A stretch of DNA of 64,000 bases from Nitrospirota bacterium (GCA_963845065.1 CAWJQQ010000009.1:224001-288000); one strand, 5' to 3'. Numbered from the stretch's first letter, positions 1 through 10,945 are shown. Notes: a model not told the origin generated them from the letters alone. Made by a program: numbers and translations.

Positions 1-88
1 AGATTCATCGATACGCGGCCACCTGTTTTACATGCCTGCTGCCTTCAGAGAAAATCATGTTATCCAGTATATCAGACTTCACGATATT

Positions 89-318
89 TTACGCGGCTAG
101 TTTGAATTGTATTGTTTTGTGTTTTCTGTTCACCTTCTCAAGCGCGTCCTTAAACTTCATTCCCCGCTTTGCATCATCAACAGGAATAATAGTCAGATTT
201 TTATCTTCTGTAGTAAGTTCAAGTGGTGTATTTTATTCACTTTCAGTTGCTATAAGATCGATTTTTTATCCATGATCAACGCAGCATTGCTGTCATGCGA
301 AACCAGTTTTTTAATCAT
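89..318 (-). pseudogene. AbrB/MazE-type antitoxin pseudogene
   Basis: Manual translation gives MIKKLVSHDSNAALIMDKKSIL*QLKVNK/TPLELTTEDKNLTIIPVDDAKRGMKFKDALEKVNRKHKTIQFKLAA*. A GGAGG RBS is present. One in-frame TAG and one frameshift. Confidence 0.7.
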
Positions 319-678
319 AACCTCCCCCATGATTGTTTGTATATATTGGTATCACCAATCGTCGTCAACATCAACGAAAAGCTTGAACTAATCAGCAAAG
401 AGTTGCGGTTACCATATTCCATAGGTAAGCCAAAGTTAAGAATAGACTGTTCCTCTCTTCTAGTCGCAATAAAATTTTTGAAAAAGTGTTCGCAACTATA
501 TCTGCAATAATGGGTTTTGCGCACAGTAAAACAGGCTAGAAGCATAGTTCCGAAAAAATTAATATTCGTTCAGGAAAAGTCCCATTCATTTGCATGATTA
601 ACAACGCTATTGCTCTATTTCTCATCTCTGCAAAAACTAACGTCACCATGTTTCCTGCAAAATCAATCATTTATCTTT

Positions 679-694
679 TGGCATGCGATCTGCA
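679..694 (+). promoter_or_regulatory. sigma54 (-24/-12) promoter
   Basis: TGGCATGCGATCTGCA has exact GG-N10-GC spacing, lies 39 nt before ATG 733, and is conserved in the duplicate copy. Confidence 0.8.
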
Positions 695-732
695 ATATAC
701 AATGCAAGACTGACAAAAAGGGGGACAATAAA

Positions 733-1047
733 ATGAATACCAAAATTTCGAGAAAAACAGCATACATCGGTGCAGGCGCAGGAATCGTTCTCTTCGCGAT
801 CTTCGGTCTTCTTCCCGGCGCCCTTCTGGGCGGCGCAGCGGGAATACAATTAGCCGGAATGTTCTTCGGGCTTCCGCTGGACCCGGGAATCATATCACGC
901 GCAATCGTGCTCGCGTCCATGCTGGTGGGCGTCATGGTGTCAGGAATCACGATCGTAACTGCCACGTCAACCGTGGGCTGGCTCGTCGGCAGAGTGCTCG
1001 AGGGCGGGCACGCATCGGAAAAGACATCGATAGCCGGCAGCAAATAA
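733..1047 (+). CDS. small glycine-rich membrane protein A (copy 1)
   Basis: 104 aa from MNTKIS, with RBS AAGGGG and GxxxG-rich hydrophobic helices. Near-identical paralog at 24287-24601. Confidence 0.85.
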   Translation: MNTKISRKTAYIGAGAGIVLFAIFGLLPGALLGGAAGIQLAGMFFGLPLDPGIISRAIVLASMLVGVMVSGITIVTATSTVGWLVGRVLEGGHASEKTSIAGSK

Positions 1048-1098
1048 CGAGAGATCAAAAATATCGATAAGAAAATAGAAATACAAGGAGAAAGAATC

Positions 1099-1449
1099 AT
1101 GAAGAACGAATCGGTAAAAACGGGAATGAAGATAGGCGTAACGGTTGGCGGGATAGTATTCCTGGTATTCGGGATCATGCCGGGATTCTATTTCGGAAGC
1201 TACGGGTCGCTGATACTGGTCCAGAAGCTGATGGGCGGCGCAGTAGAGCCCACGCTCTTTGTCAGAGCAGCGGTGGTGATGGGGATCGTGATCGGAATAT
1301 CCTGCGCAGCTGCAGTCTGTCTCGTGGTCGGTGGGATTCTCGGGACGGTGGCTGGCTTGGTGGTGGCAACGCCCGCAGCGCTCCGCGAGAATGAGAAACA
1401 GGAGATCTTGGTGAAGTCGTTAAAGTATAAAGTGGCAGGAAATAAATAA
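1099..1449 (+). CDS. small glycine-rich membrane protein B (copy 1)
   Basis: 116 aa, AAGGAG RBS, hydrophobic and GxxxG-rich. Paralog at 23920-24237. Confidence 0.85.
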   Translation: MKNESVKTGMKIGVTVGGIVFLVFGIMPGFYFGSYGSLILVQKLMGGAVEPTLFVRAAVVMGIVIGISCAAAVCLVVGGILGTVAGLVVATPAALRENEKQEILVKSLKYKVAGNK

Positions 1450-1480
1450 GCTTTGCGACAATGCTTCTGAGAAACATCAT

Positions 1481-1502
1481 GGGCGATGAGAAATCATCGC
1501 CC
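1481..1502 (+). terminator. hairpin terminator after membrane protein pair
   Basis: GGGCGATGA-GAAA-TCATCGCCC perfect stem, conserved in copy 2 (23835-23856). Confidence 0.6.
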
Positions 1503-2229
1503 GTTACATTTTAGAAGACATTTAGAATCGTCGTTAGAGCTGCGGTGCGGCTTGCCTCCTGCACTTATTCCCAGATGTATTCTTTGAATTCCAAAAGACA
1601 TTCGCGGAGCATTTGAGGCCGGTCTAAAAGAATTAAACATGCTTAACTTATCACGCAACTCAACGCATGAAGCATGTGAGTTTGATTACCATCGATGCAT
1701 GTTTTAATGTGAAGTCTGCATACCAACACATGCGGAGTTCAACCTCTTAAACAAAAAAAGCATAGGGGAAAAAACCTTTAAGCCTTTTCTTGATGGGAGG
1801 TCAAGAGTTTTTCGAGACAGGAAAGAGGCAATAATGTGAACGTAATTTCTAAAAGCAGGTTGCCTCAACTACTTCATGCGCTTCGTTCTTGCCGACATCC
1901 GCTTGCTGATAATAGATGTATTCACCTACCATATCAAAAAGATCCTTACGGGGAATATCGGGCTCAATATCGAGAACTTCCTCTTTAAAATAATTTGCAG
2001 CATCGTCCGTTCATTTATCGAATGTCCTAATCATATTGCCCCTTCCAGGCTGCGGAATTGTTGATAACATGGAGGATGATGTACTGGTCATTATGTCTGC
2101 CATCTTAAAAACGTATCTTCATGTTACTGTGGTCTATTACAAGTCATAAGCCGTCTTTAGCGAATTTTATACCCATTGAGTTGACATATATCCAATATAT
2201 TGATAACATGGATATGAGACCTTATAGAT

Positions 2230-3135
2230 ATGGAACTGAGACATCTCAAATATTTTGTTGCAGTGGCTGAGGAATTGCATTTTGGAAGGGCTGCCAGAAG
2301 GCTTCATATTGCTCAGCCACCATTGAGTCAGCAAATCAAGAATCTGGAAGATGAGCTTGGGGTTAAGCTTTTTGACAGGACCAAGCGAACCATTAAAATG
2401 ACTGATGCCGGTATTTATTTTTTTAAAGAAGCCAAGCAGCTTCTTTTAAATGTTGAACAGGCTGCTGAAGTTGCCAGAAGGATTTACCGTGGACAGGTGG
2501 GACGTCTCGTAGTAGGGTTTGTGGGGTCAGTGGTCTATACTTTTTTGCCTGAAGGGTTACGATTATTCCGCGAACGCTTCCCGGATGTGGAACTTGTATT
2601 ACAGGAAATTAATACAGCGGAACAGATAAAGTTACTTCATTCTAGTAGCATTGACGTTGGCTTCCACTATTCAGGCGCTCAAGATCCCCTGCTTACCTGT
2701 CGTCGGCTAACGCAAGCGCCTTTGATGGTTGTACTGCCCAAAAAACACGCTCTTGCGAACCGCAAATCGCTGGATATCAGGGAGTTGGCTCAGGAACCTT
2801 TCATAGCGAATACACGATCAACAGAGCCGGTTGTTCTCGATGCCTTTATCAGCTTGTGCCATTCCGCCGGGTTCAGCCCCAAAATAGCTCAGGAGGCAGG
2901 TCAGGTACAAACTGTTTTGGGTCTCGTAGCTTCCGGGCTGGGAGCGTGTCTCCTTCCAGATTATATAAAAAATATCAGACGGCCAGGTGTGCAGTATATA
3001 CCCTTGTCAGGACCGTGTCCTACTGTAAAACTTGCCATTGTTTGGCGGAGTGATAATTCTTCTGAGCTTATTAAGTCATTTGTAAATGTAATTGAGTCTT
3101 CCTCCGCGAGTCCAATCTCGAAGTGCAGCGCTTGA
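2230..3135 (+). CDS. LysR family transcriptional regulator (BenM/HcaR/AlsR-like)
   Basis: MELRHLKYFVAVAEELHFGRAA...QPPLSQQI HTH followed by a substrate-binding domain. Confidence 0.95.
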   Translation: MELRHLKYFVAVAEELHFGRAARRLHIAQPPLSQQIKNLEDELGVKLFDRTKRTIKMTDAGIYFFKEAKQLLLNVEQAAEVARRIYRGQVGRLVVGFVGSVVYTFLPEGLRLFRERFPDVELVLQEINTAEQIKLLHSSSIDVGFHYSGAQDPLLTCRRLTQAPLMVVLPKKHALANRKSLDIRELAQEPFIANTRSTEPVVLDAFISLCHSAGFSPKIAQEAGQVQTVLGLVASGLGACLLPDYIKNIRRPGVQYIPLSGPCPTVKLAIVWRSDNSSELIKSFVNVIESSSASPISKCSA

Positions 3136-3263
3136 GGCTGCAACTTCCAAATTCCTGCCGGAGCCGCTAATAAGCACAATAACGATTAAAGAGATATTAT
3201 CCATCCTAACCACCGTCTAGGAAACCACAGTTTTTTTCTGTGATATATCAGGTTTGAATGACA

Positions 3264-3647
3264 TTATCTTTTATCCACGCTGAGCGGACCGGAGCCGAAA
3301 TACGTGATTATGAGAGCGGCACCGAGCATAGAGAGGTTCATCATGAAATTGATCTGCTGAATCTGCCGCATCATTGGATCGGCGACTGCCCAAAAATTGT
3401 GGATTGTAAAAGTGACCGGAACCAGGAAAAGCACGATCAGCCAGGCACCATATTTCGCCTTGAATCCCAGAAGAATGCTGAGTCCACCTACGATGGCGAC
3501 GATTCCAGACAGGGGCACGGCAATCGAGGCCATGGGGACGCCTCTGCTGGCAGCATGCCCGATTGTCGCGGCAGTGAAATGCCCCGGGCCGGACATCACA
3601 AATATAGCCACATACAATATCCTACCCAAGAGAACAACGTATTTCAT
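3264..3647 (-). CDS. DoxX family membrane protein
   Basis: 127 aa, 4 TM, with GR..F..SG..H and HNFW...F..N...LG motifs. Confidence 0.9.
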   Translation of the reverse strand: MKYVVLLGRILYVAIFVMSGPGHFTAATIGHAASRGVPMASIAVPLSGIVAIVGGLSILLGFKAKYGAWLIVLFLVPVTFTIHNFWAVADPMMRQIQQINFMMNLSMLGAALIITYFGSGPLSVDKR

Positions 3648-3960
3648 AGGTGTCCCTCCTTTTTTAGAATGCGTTTCATTAAGTATACCGGGGAGCTAAG
3701 GTTACAACTATTATGATCCTTATAAGGGTGATTTGGCCTGTCAAGAAGATACCAAATACGAGAAGTATTCAGCATTATAAGTTGCAGCCGATATCATTCA
3801 CCTCAATTGAAATAGAAGCTCTGCAAGAAACAACTACAAGTCCGCATTGCAAATATTGTGATAAGGGTAAAAAAACTGGATGTATTCTTGACTGAAGACT
3901 TCAACCGGCACTCCTATAGCTCACAATAATCCCCCTCGACACGAAGAGTTCTCAGGACAA

Positions 3961-5037
3961 TCATTCTGTGAACTCATGTCTTAGAAATCCCCGAGATGGT
4001 GCCGGGGCATCTGCTAGCTTAGACCAGAAGCCCTCATCATTTGCAAGATCAGAGGCATGATTGATTGCCGAAGTGATGTCTCCTTTGAAACACTTACGAG
4101 TGCTCAAGCTTGAAATCGGATTCGTCGGTGTCAGGAAAACAATGCGCCGCGGAACATGATTATTTTTTTGATCGCCTAAGAGTGCTTTTTGCACTTTGTT
4201 GATAATTTTTTTCAGTTTTTTATCTCCACGATTATTAAGTGGCTTTATGTTACTGAAAACCGAGCAAGGATTGTTTTCAATCAATTTGTAGCCGCGATAA
4301 ATCCCCTGTCTGATAGCACGGATTTCCAAAAGGTCGTTAGCAAATTCAACCCTTAAGATTATTCGAAGATACCATGGCAGACGTCCAGTATCTGCATACG
4401 TGTTGCGGCATAGACGACTGTTAGATAGAATGAAAATTGTATCGCACTTGGCTTTGATCGCCTCGCCAAGAACGAATGTTCCGCCATCCGAATGCCATTC
4501 CCCGTTAATCATTACCGGCGGCAAGAATCCTTGTAAACCGATAGCGGCAAGCATCACCTGTTTAAGTAAATTCGGATTTTGACGTAAGTTTGGATCATGA
4601 TTAGAAAAAATCTGGTGCCTTAACTTATTTTCGTTGTAGGTTACAATTTGAAATTCTATCGGAGACGCCACAATCGCTTCCATGTCAAGCTTTTCTACCA
4701 GATATTTAGATGCACCTTCATTAGAAAAAAGATTCGGGCCTCTGAAAATTTTTAAAAACCCCATTAAACTTTGCCCGAAGATCTTTTTTGCCCCGAGTTG
4801 CTCTGTTTCCTTCCATTTCTTTTCTAAGGCATCAACATCCCACTTGCTACCGATGAGATCGCCAGCTGAGAACACCCCGACTGAAACGCTCTGGACAAAG
4901 ACCGGCTTAATTCCCTTAGCCTCCAGTGCTTTGATAAAGCCAACGCCGTAAGCCCCGGTGAAACCTCCCCCGTTTAAGATCATCCCGACTTTACCAAGAT
5001 TCATAATCGCCACTTCCTTTGTTTCCAGAATACTCAT
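3961..5037 (-). CDS. patatin-like phospholipase
   Basis: GGGFTG glycine loop, SVSVG nucleophile elbow (GxSxG variant) and DGG motif. Start may be at 5004. Confidence 0.85.
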   Translation of the reverse strand: MSILETKEVAIMNLGKVGMILNGGGFTGAYGVGFIKALEAKGIKPVFVQSVSVGVFSAGDLIGSKWDVDALEKKWKETEQLGAKKIFGQSLMGFLKIFRGPNLFSNEGASKYLVEKLDMEAIVASPIEFQIVTYNENKLRHQIFSNHDPNLRQNPNLLKQVMLAAIGLQGFLPPVMINGEWHSDGGTFVLGEAIKAKCDTIFILSNSRLCRNTYADTGRLPWYLRIILRVEFANDLLEIRAIRQGIYRGYKLIENNPCSVFSNIKPLNNRGDKKLKKIINKVQKALLGDQKNNHVPRRIVFLTPTNPISSLSTRKCFKGDITSAINHASDLANDEGFWSKLADAPAPSRGFLRHEFTE

Positions 5038-5227
5038 TCAGGGATCTCATGTTTATAAGACACACACGCCATGTTAGCTTGTTAATGTTGGGTAGTTGTA
5101 ATGCTACGAACCAACGAATTAGAATTTTACCTCGGGTTAGAAAAACATTCATCATCTCCAACAACTTTCTCATCATCATAAGATTTATTTGAAGATGAAT
5201 GATAGCTATTTCGTTAATTCAAAAACA

Positions 5228-5243
5228 AGCAATGCTTGTGCCA
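5228..5243 (-). promoter_or_regulatory. sigma54 promoter upstream of patatin gene
   Basis: Minus strand TGGCACAAGCATTGCT matches consensus. Palindrome GTGTC-A8-GACAC at 5296-5313 is a candidate enhancer. Confidence 0.75.
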
Positions 5244-5558
5244 AATTAAAATCGTTGTCTTTTCAGTATGTTAGCTGAGAACAAAACTTGATTCGGTGTC
5301 AAAAAAAAGACACACAATCACCAAACATATTATTTAGTGACTATCGTTTTGTTTTGCCGCTGGCCACGGAGTTTTCTGTAAAATAACTGGTGATGGGACG
5401 GGACCAGATATGCAAGATGCCCTGAGGTGTAAATAATTCCGATCGGGTATCTGGACTAGGTTTTTTTAAAGTTACCGAATACCGGTTGAATTTAAGAATT
5501 TCAGAAAATGGCGACTTCACTTGATTCATCCCTGGCGACGAGAATAATAGAGGCATTA

Positions 5559-6266
5559 TCACGGTACGTCGCTTTCTTCCCATATTACTTCTTTCATATC
5601 AGGCATTGCCGAAAGACGTTTAACTATATCTGACCAGTGTTTCTGACTTTCGTCTCCGTGATGCAGCCGCATGCGATACGTCACGATGTTCGCGGATATG
5701 TCCCGGTGATAATTAACAAACTGGAGAGATAGATCTTGATATTCGGCAAGGACATCCTTGATACGGACCAAGAGTCCCTCAGTTGTAACAGCCTTCACCG
5801 AAAGGACCGTATATATCCTCCGATTGGTAAGGGCCTTGATCGGATAGGCAAGGTAGAGACTCGCGAGGATAATAACCGTCGTAACAATAGCGGGAACAAT
5901 ATATCCTGCACCGGTCGAAAGGCCGATGCCCGTTACGGACCACAGTCCGGCAGCCGTCGTCAGTCCGCGCACAGAGCCCTTGCCCTTGATGATCGCTCCG
6001 GCTCCCAAAAAACCCATACTCGCGATAGCGTACGAGGCAATTCTGCTTGGGTCAACGCGCACTACCGATTTATCTGCTGCAAGCTCTCTGAAAAGTTCTT
6101 CCATATGCAGTGAGAGCATCATCATCAAACAGGACGCAGTACCGACAATGAGATATGTCCTGAATCCTGCCGCTTGCCCGTGTGATTCTCGCTCGAAACC
6201 TATTGCGCAACTAAGAACTGTTGCAAGCAAAAGCTTGCCGATGTCAGAGATTAGATAAGAGTCCAT
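5559..6266 (-). CDS. MgtC/SapB family protein
   Basis: IGFERE..G..AGFRT, DPSRIA, GFLGAG and GLTTAA motifs. Confidence 0.92.
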   Translation of the reverse strand: MDSYLISDIGKLLLATVLSCAIGFERESHGQAAGFRTYLIVGTASCLMMMLSLHMEELFRELAADKSVVRVDPSRIASYAIASMGFLGAGAIIKGKGSVRGLTTAAGLWSVTGIGLSTGAGYIVPAIVTTVIILASLYLAYPIKALTNRRIYTVLSVKAVTTEGLLVRIKDVLAEYQDLSLQFVNYHRDISANIVTYRMRLHHGDESQKHWSDIVKRLSAMPDMKEVIWEESDVP

Positions 6267-6752
6267 GCTGTGACCTCCCTCGACTATAAAAATAGCTCTT
6301 CAGAATCCGAAAAGGAAACAGCACCAGCTTCAGGAAGGAAGCCGTACCGAAAAATTCAACTACTATTCTACATCTCGTCAAAAAATATAACTTTCTCATT
6401 ACCACCTACTATTGTGTAATGCCAATATGTGACGATGGAAATAAATTCTTGGAGAAGCATTTAAAAACTATCGTCTATAATCGCAGTTATGTATTTGTGC
6501 ATACCTAGTCGATTAGAGCGAAATCACTTTCCCCATAAAAAAATATCAAGCAGGTTTGTATTGCCCGGATAAAAAAAATATAGGGATAATTGATCGCAAA
6601 CGTCAGAGGCTGAGCCGGCGCAGTGGTCACAAATCGTAATAGCAGTCGCCACTGCACCATGCATCGAGAGGGCGCGTTTTGCGATACGATTCATGTGCGT
6701 GAGTGAGGAGCCATGTGCAGCACGTCCATTTTAAGCGGCGGTTTAGGCTCCT

Positions 6753-7001
6753 TTATTTCCCACCCCAACGCCAGCGCGGGGTTTCGCCCTTCATCCAGCA
6801 AACCGCTACGAGAAGTATACACAGTAGCGCCGAGTAGGAAGCGAAGGCACCAGGCCCTCTAGTTGGCAGCAACACCAGAGCACCCACCAGGACCAGGACG
6901 AAGAAGGCAGCCAAGACAAGCCAACCCTGCCAGGCATTCGGTAAGCCCCAGCCCCAGCCGTAGCGCTTTGCTGGAAACCAGTACCTTTGTTTGACAGCCA
7001 T
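6753..7001 (-). CDS. small membrane protein (cassette-like hypothetical)
   Basis: WFPAKRYGWGWGLP..WQGW plus two TM and a GE.PRWRWG tail. Higher GC than the flanks. Confidence 0.7.
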   Translation of the reverse strand: MAVKQRYWFPAKRYGWGWGLPNAWQGWLVLAAFFVLVLVGALVLLPTRGPGAFASYSALLCILLVAVCWMKGETPRWRWGGK

Positions 7002-7639
7002 CTTACAACCTTCCTGGGAGCGAGCCTCTTGAGACACTAATCATTTATTGATCAGACCCCCCCCTAGGTAACATCGCATATCCGGTGTTAGCTAGGTTAG
7101 CACTGATCATGCCGCACATGTAGTAGTACACCTGACGAATATAAGCCTGATTTACTCATATGTCAATATTGCCGATAAAGTGTGTCGATAAAGTGTGTCC
7201 GATTCCGTATTATAACAGGAAAGACAGTTGACCATGCGCGGAAGACGGAGCGCATGAAGGACCGTCAATTAGACAGAAGATACTCGTCGTCATGATGGAA
7301 AATTATCCCCGGATGAAAGAAATGCCCCTAAATCTCGATCATGTTTTCTTCTAGATCGTTTCCTCTGAGACATACTTTCTCGACAATACAGCTGGATTCG
7401 GATATCGGGAACATCTTTTTTTATAAGAGCGGTCAGTCCTAGGGCACATTGTTCCAGGGCCAGGTATCGAAATGTCTCTCTTAATTTTGTAGCTTAGAGC
7501 GCAAGACGAGCCGCTTTGGTGCCACAGCTTTTGTAATACCTTTTAACGAAGTATGTTCAGCTACCGGCTTCTTGACATCTACCCGTGCAGTGATTAAAGT
7601 TAAAGTAGAATTGCAACGAGAAAGGCGATAGCAAAGGAG

Positions 7640-7852
7640 GTGAAAGCAATGACGTACAGCATGACCTGCAGCTGTGGCGAAGTGATGACGGTCCAGGGCA
7701 ATACAAGAGATGAAGCCGTTAAGAACCTAAAGTCATTGATGAATGAAGAATCGGTGACTGAGCATATGGGGCGGAAACACGCGGGAGAAAAAGTGCCTAC
7801 CCTTGGGCAAGTGCACGCAATGATAGAGCAAGGATTGAAAGCGGCAGCGTAA
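7640..7852 (+). CDS. DUF1059-like small metal-binding protein
   Basis: 70 aa with CSCG...EH...KH motif, AAGGAGG RBS and a downstream terminator. Confidence 0.7.
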   Translation: MKAMTYSMTCSCGEVMTVQGNTRDEAVKNLKSLMNEESVTEHMGRKHAGEKVPTLGQVHAMIEQGLKAAA

Positions 7853-7880
7853 CATCTGTCTAAGCGATTATGATAGTGTT

Positions 7881-7911
7881 AAACCCGCAGACTTCGGTCT
7901 GCGGGTTTTTT
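7881..7911 (+). terminator. rho-independent terminator
   Basis: AAACCCGCAGAC-TTCG-GTCTGCGGGTTTTTT. Confidence 0.9.
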
Positions 7912-8125
7912 GTGAGCCGAGCATGTTAGACAGCTTGGAGGTACAAATCCTCTACCCAGCCGATGGAGGTGAAGGGTTAGCGCAAGGGCTCCATCGCGAT
8001 CTGGAGTCTGAGAGAAGCGCGGAGCAAACCGCGAGCCGATGAAAAAATTCTGGATATGAGGCATGAGCGCCGGACGAGCGAGCAAATGACCGCAAAGTCC
8101 AGATGATACAGAAAGGCATGCAGTA
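7912..8125 (+). mobile_element. group IIC intron 5' fragment (domain I part, no RT ORF)
   Basis: Starts GTGAG (GUGYG-like) directly after the terminator U-tract. The sequence GCCGAGCATG...GGAGGTGAAGG...CGCAAGGG...CATCGCGA...GTCTGA..GAAGCG.GGAGCAAACCGCGAGCCGA is typical of IIC domain I. The 3' boundary is approximate. Confidence 0.75.
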
Positions 8126-8291
8126 CAACGTCCAATCGATATTTTTTACGTCAATCAAATAAAGATCGCTGCGAGGTTCACCTACAATTTTGCAACGGCG
8201 ACTGATAATTTGGAGATGCAGAATTACAGTTGTAGTTGTAACTTAAGTGGCTCTCGCCAGACTAATGAGCACTAAAATACAGATTAAAATA

Positions 8292-10196
8292 TTATAAACT
8301 AAGTATTTTATCCAAAACTTCTCTGAGAGTAATAACATTATAAGGTTTCTTCAAAAAGGCTTTGAATCCCTGCTTTTCGTAATTCGACGTGGCGGCATCA
8401 TCGGAATATCCGCTCGAAACGATCGCCTTCACCATAGGATCGATCTCGAGAAGCTTTTGTATTGTTTCCGATCCTCCCATGCCACCCCGAACCGTCAGGT
8501 CCAGAATGACGATATCGAAGGGCTTTCCTGCGGCAATTGCTTCCTGATACTTTTCCAGCGCTTCCTGCCCGTGTTTTGCCACTTCCACGTCGTGCCCCAG
8601 CGCACAAATCAGTTCGCTGCTCATATTCCTGATAATCTCCTCATCATCCATCACCAGGATCCTAGCTGTTTGCGACAGGGAACTCTTTGTAGGGCCGACC
8701 GTAGATCCTACTCGGGCCGCTTCTGCAATTGCAGGAAGATAGATAATGAACGTGGTTCCTACGCCTGATTTCGTCTTGACATCAATCATGCCGCCGTGGT
8801 TCCTGACGATCGAGTAGGAGGTTGCCAGGCCCAGACCGCTTCCTTTTTCCTTTGTCGTGAAATAGGGCTCAAAAATTTTAATTAGATATTGTTCGGGGAT
8901 GCCGACACCGGTGTCCTGGATCGTTACTACGACGTAGTTTCCCTTTGCGAGCCCAAGGGGCAGCGATGCATCCCCCTCAGCCACATTCGCTCCGGCTACT
9001 CTGACCGTGCCGCCGACTGGCATGGCCTGGTCTGCATTCAGCACGATGTTCTGGATAACCTGTTCCAGCTGGCCTGCATCCACCTCCGCCTGCCACAGGT
9101 CTTGCAGGATGTTCAGATGGAGATCGGAGCGGGAGCCACTCAACGTAAACCTTGTAGCGTTCTCGATGACCGGTCGGAGGTCGATCAGTTTCTTGACCGG
9201 CTTGCCCCCCTTGGAAAAGGTCAGGAGCTGGTTCGTGAGATTGACCGACTGATGAAGGGCTTTCTCGGCTTGCTCGAGCATAGCGAGCGATTTTTCCTTC
9301 TGGTCAATGGTCATTTTGGCCATGGAGATATATCCAAAAAACGCCTGTAGCAGGTTGTTAAAATCATGGGCGATCCCGCCTGCAAGGGTGCCGATGGATT
9401 CGAGTTTCTGCGCCCTGAGAAACTCCTCTTCCATGCTCTTACGGTCCGTAATATCCCTCAGAATGTCACGCGAACCGATGATTGTTCCGTCTTCAACAAT
9501 CGCTGATGAACTGACCTCCACATCGCGCAGTCGGCCGTCCTTGGTCTTGACCTTGCCGATGAAGGTCTCATAGGCACCGCGGTCCCTCAGCTTTTTAAAC
9601 TCGGTCTCTGACCGTGGTAGCTGTTCGGAGGGAATAATGTCGGTGATCTTCATGGCCAGCAGTTCTTCCTTGGCAAATCCCAAAATATCCATTGCCTTCT
9701 TATTTACATCTAGAAAGCGGAGGTCAGAACTGACGATGAAGATCGCATCGTTGGCATTCTCAAAAAGGTCTCGGTATTTCTCCTCAGACTTACGGAGAGC
9801 CTCGACCGCGCGTTTACGCTCGGTGACATCCTGGACGATCACAAAGCGCGCATTCCTTCCACCAAAGCGGACACCATGGGATGAGATCTCCACATCCATG
9901 AGAGAACCGTCCTTCCTGCGGTGCTTCCAGGAGCCTAAGTGCTGTACCCCCAGGCCGAGCTGCGAGACCATATTGACAAGGCGCGACACTTCCTCGGAAG
10001 GTCTGATCTCCTTTATATTCATGGAAAGAAGTTCTTCGCGTGTATACCCGTAATGCTCCACCGTAGCGTTGTTGACCGCTAGGAACTTAAAGGTCTCCAG
10101 GTCATAGACATACATGGGTTGCGGGCTATTTTCGAAGATCGTCTGGAAAAAATCGCCGGCGTCTGGGAAGTTATCCTTTATCTGTTCAGTGCTCAT
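8292..10196 (-). CDS. hybrid sensor kinase PAS-PAS-HisKA-HATPase-REC
   Basis: H-box AGGIAHDFNNLL, N-box QNIVLNA, G-boxes DTGVGI and GSGLGL, C-terminal receiver. Confidence 0.95.
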   Translation of the reverse strand: MSTEQIKDNFPDAGDFFQTIFENSPQPMYVYDLETFKFLAVNNATVEHYGYTREELLSMNIKEIRPSEEVSRLVNMVSQLGLGVQHLGSWKHRRKDGSLMDVEISSHGVRFGGRNARFVIVQDVTERKRAVEALRKSEEKYRDLFENANDAIFIVSSDLRFLDVNKKAMDILGFAKEELLAMKITDIIPSEQLPRSETEFKKLRDRGAYETFIGKVKTKDGRLRDVEVSSSAIVEDGTIIGSRDILRDITDRKSMEEEFLRAQKLESIGTLAGGIAHDFNNLLQAFFGYISMAKMTIDQKEKSLAMLEQAEKALHQSVNLTNQLLTFSKGGKPVKKLIDLRPVIENATRFTLSGSRSDLHLNILQDLWQAEVDAGQLEQVIQNIVLNADQAMPVGGTVRVAGANVAEGDASLPLGLAKGNYVVVTIQDTGVGIPEQYLIKIFEPYFTTKEKGSGLGLATSYSIVRNHGGMIDVKTKSGVGTTFIIYLPAIAEAARVGSTVGPTKSSLSQTARILVMDDEEIIRNMSSELICALGHDVEVAKHGQEALEKYQEAIAAGKPFDIVILDLTVRGGMGGSETIQKLLEIDPMVKAIVSSGYSDDAATSNYEKQGFKAFLKKPYNVITLREVLDKILSL

Positions 10197-10883
10197 GCAT
10201 GCTCCATGGCCTGCTCCTGTCCCTCGATATTACCATAATAATCATTCTAAGGACTCATGTCTATATCGCACGACATGTTGGGCAAAAGGATGGGTGTGCC
10301 CTTTGGGAACTCGAGCAGCTACAAATGACTGATAAGCCAAGACAGATTTAAATGTAATCCAATAAAATTCACAATACTTCATCGCTGTCCAATATAATCT
10401 TTAAATGCCTATTTTAGACAAGATAAGTTGTTGATTTATAAAGAAAACGCAATTTCTCTTGAAAACAGGCTCCGGGGCAGCTCTATATGTAGTCCAACAC
10501 GCGAGCGTCTACGGTTTCCGACAGAAGCCGTTTGCTAGCCTGCTAATAGCCGCTTTTATCATATTCTGGAATGCTAGCGGTTTGAGATCTGCTCCCCATA
10601 GCATAAAAATGCTGTCCAAGTTAAATCCTATTTTAGATAAGATTGACAATAATTTACCATTTTATGCTTTTACAGGCAAAGCTCTTCTATAAATAACCCT
10701 TTGAATACAAATACAAAGTTCATCAATTCATAACCAAAAAAAATTTAGTCTGCCTTTTCGATTGTCTATCTGCTTCACGATTATAAGTAGAACGCAGCAT
10801 AGGAAAAGTGGGATTACTTTGTGCTGGGAACGATCTAAGCGTTCCGATATCCAAGCAGTTTTAGGGCTGCCAATAGCATTCAA

Positions 10884-10917
10884 ATAAAATGAGCACACCA
10901 AAACATTGATGTGCTCA
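10884..10917 (-). terminator. terminator of sigma28 operon
   Basis: TGAGCAC...GTGCTCA stem followed on the minus strand by TTTTATTT. Confidence 0.5.
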
Positions 10918-10945
10918 ACGAATAAATCCCATTTTCTTATGTCAT

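Larger units (their letters stand above)
551..1502 (+). repeat. ~950-bp segmental duplication, copy 1
   Basis: Upstream region, promoter, both CDS and the hairpin match the reverse complement of 23835-24781. Confidence 0.9.

Noticed and set aside
7028..7037. 10-nt match (CTTGAGACAC) to the copy-2 TnpB guide
   Set aside because: It is not preceded by TTAC and is too short to be meaningful.
7879..8158. Two 68-aa minus-strand ORFs
   Set aside because: They are antisense readings of the group II intron RNA fragment.
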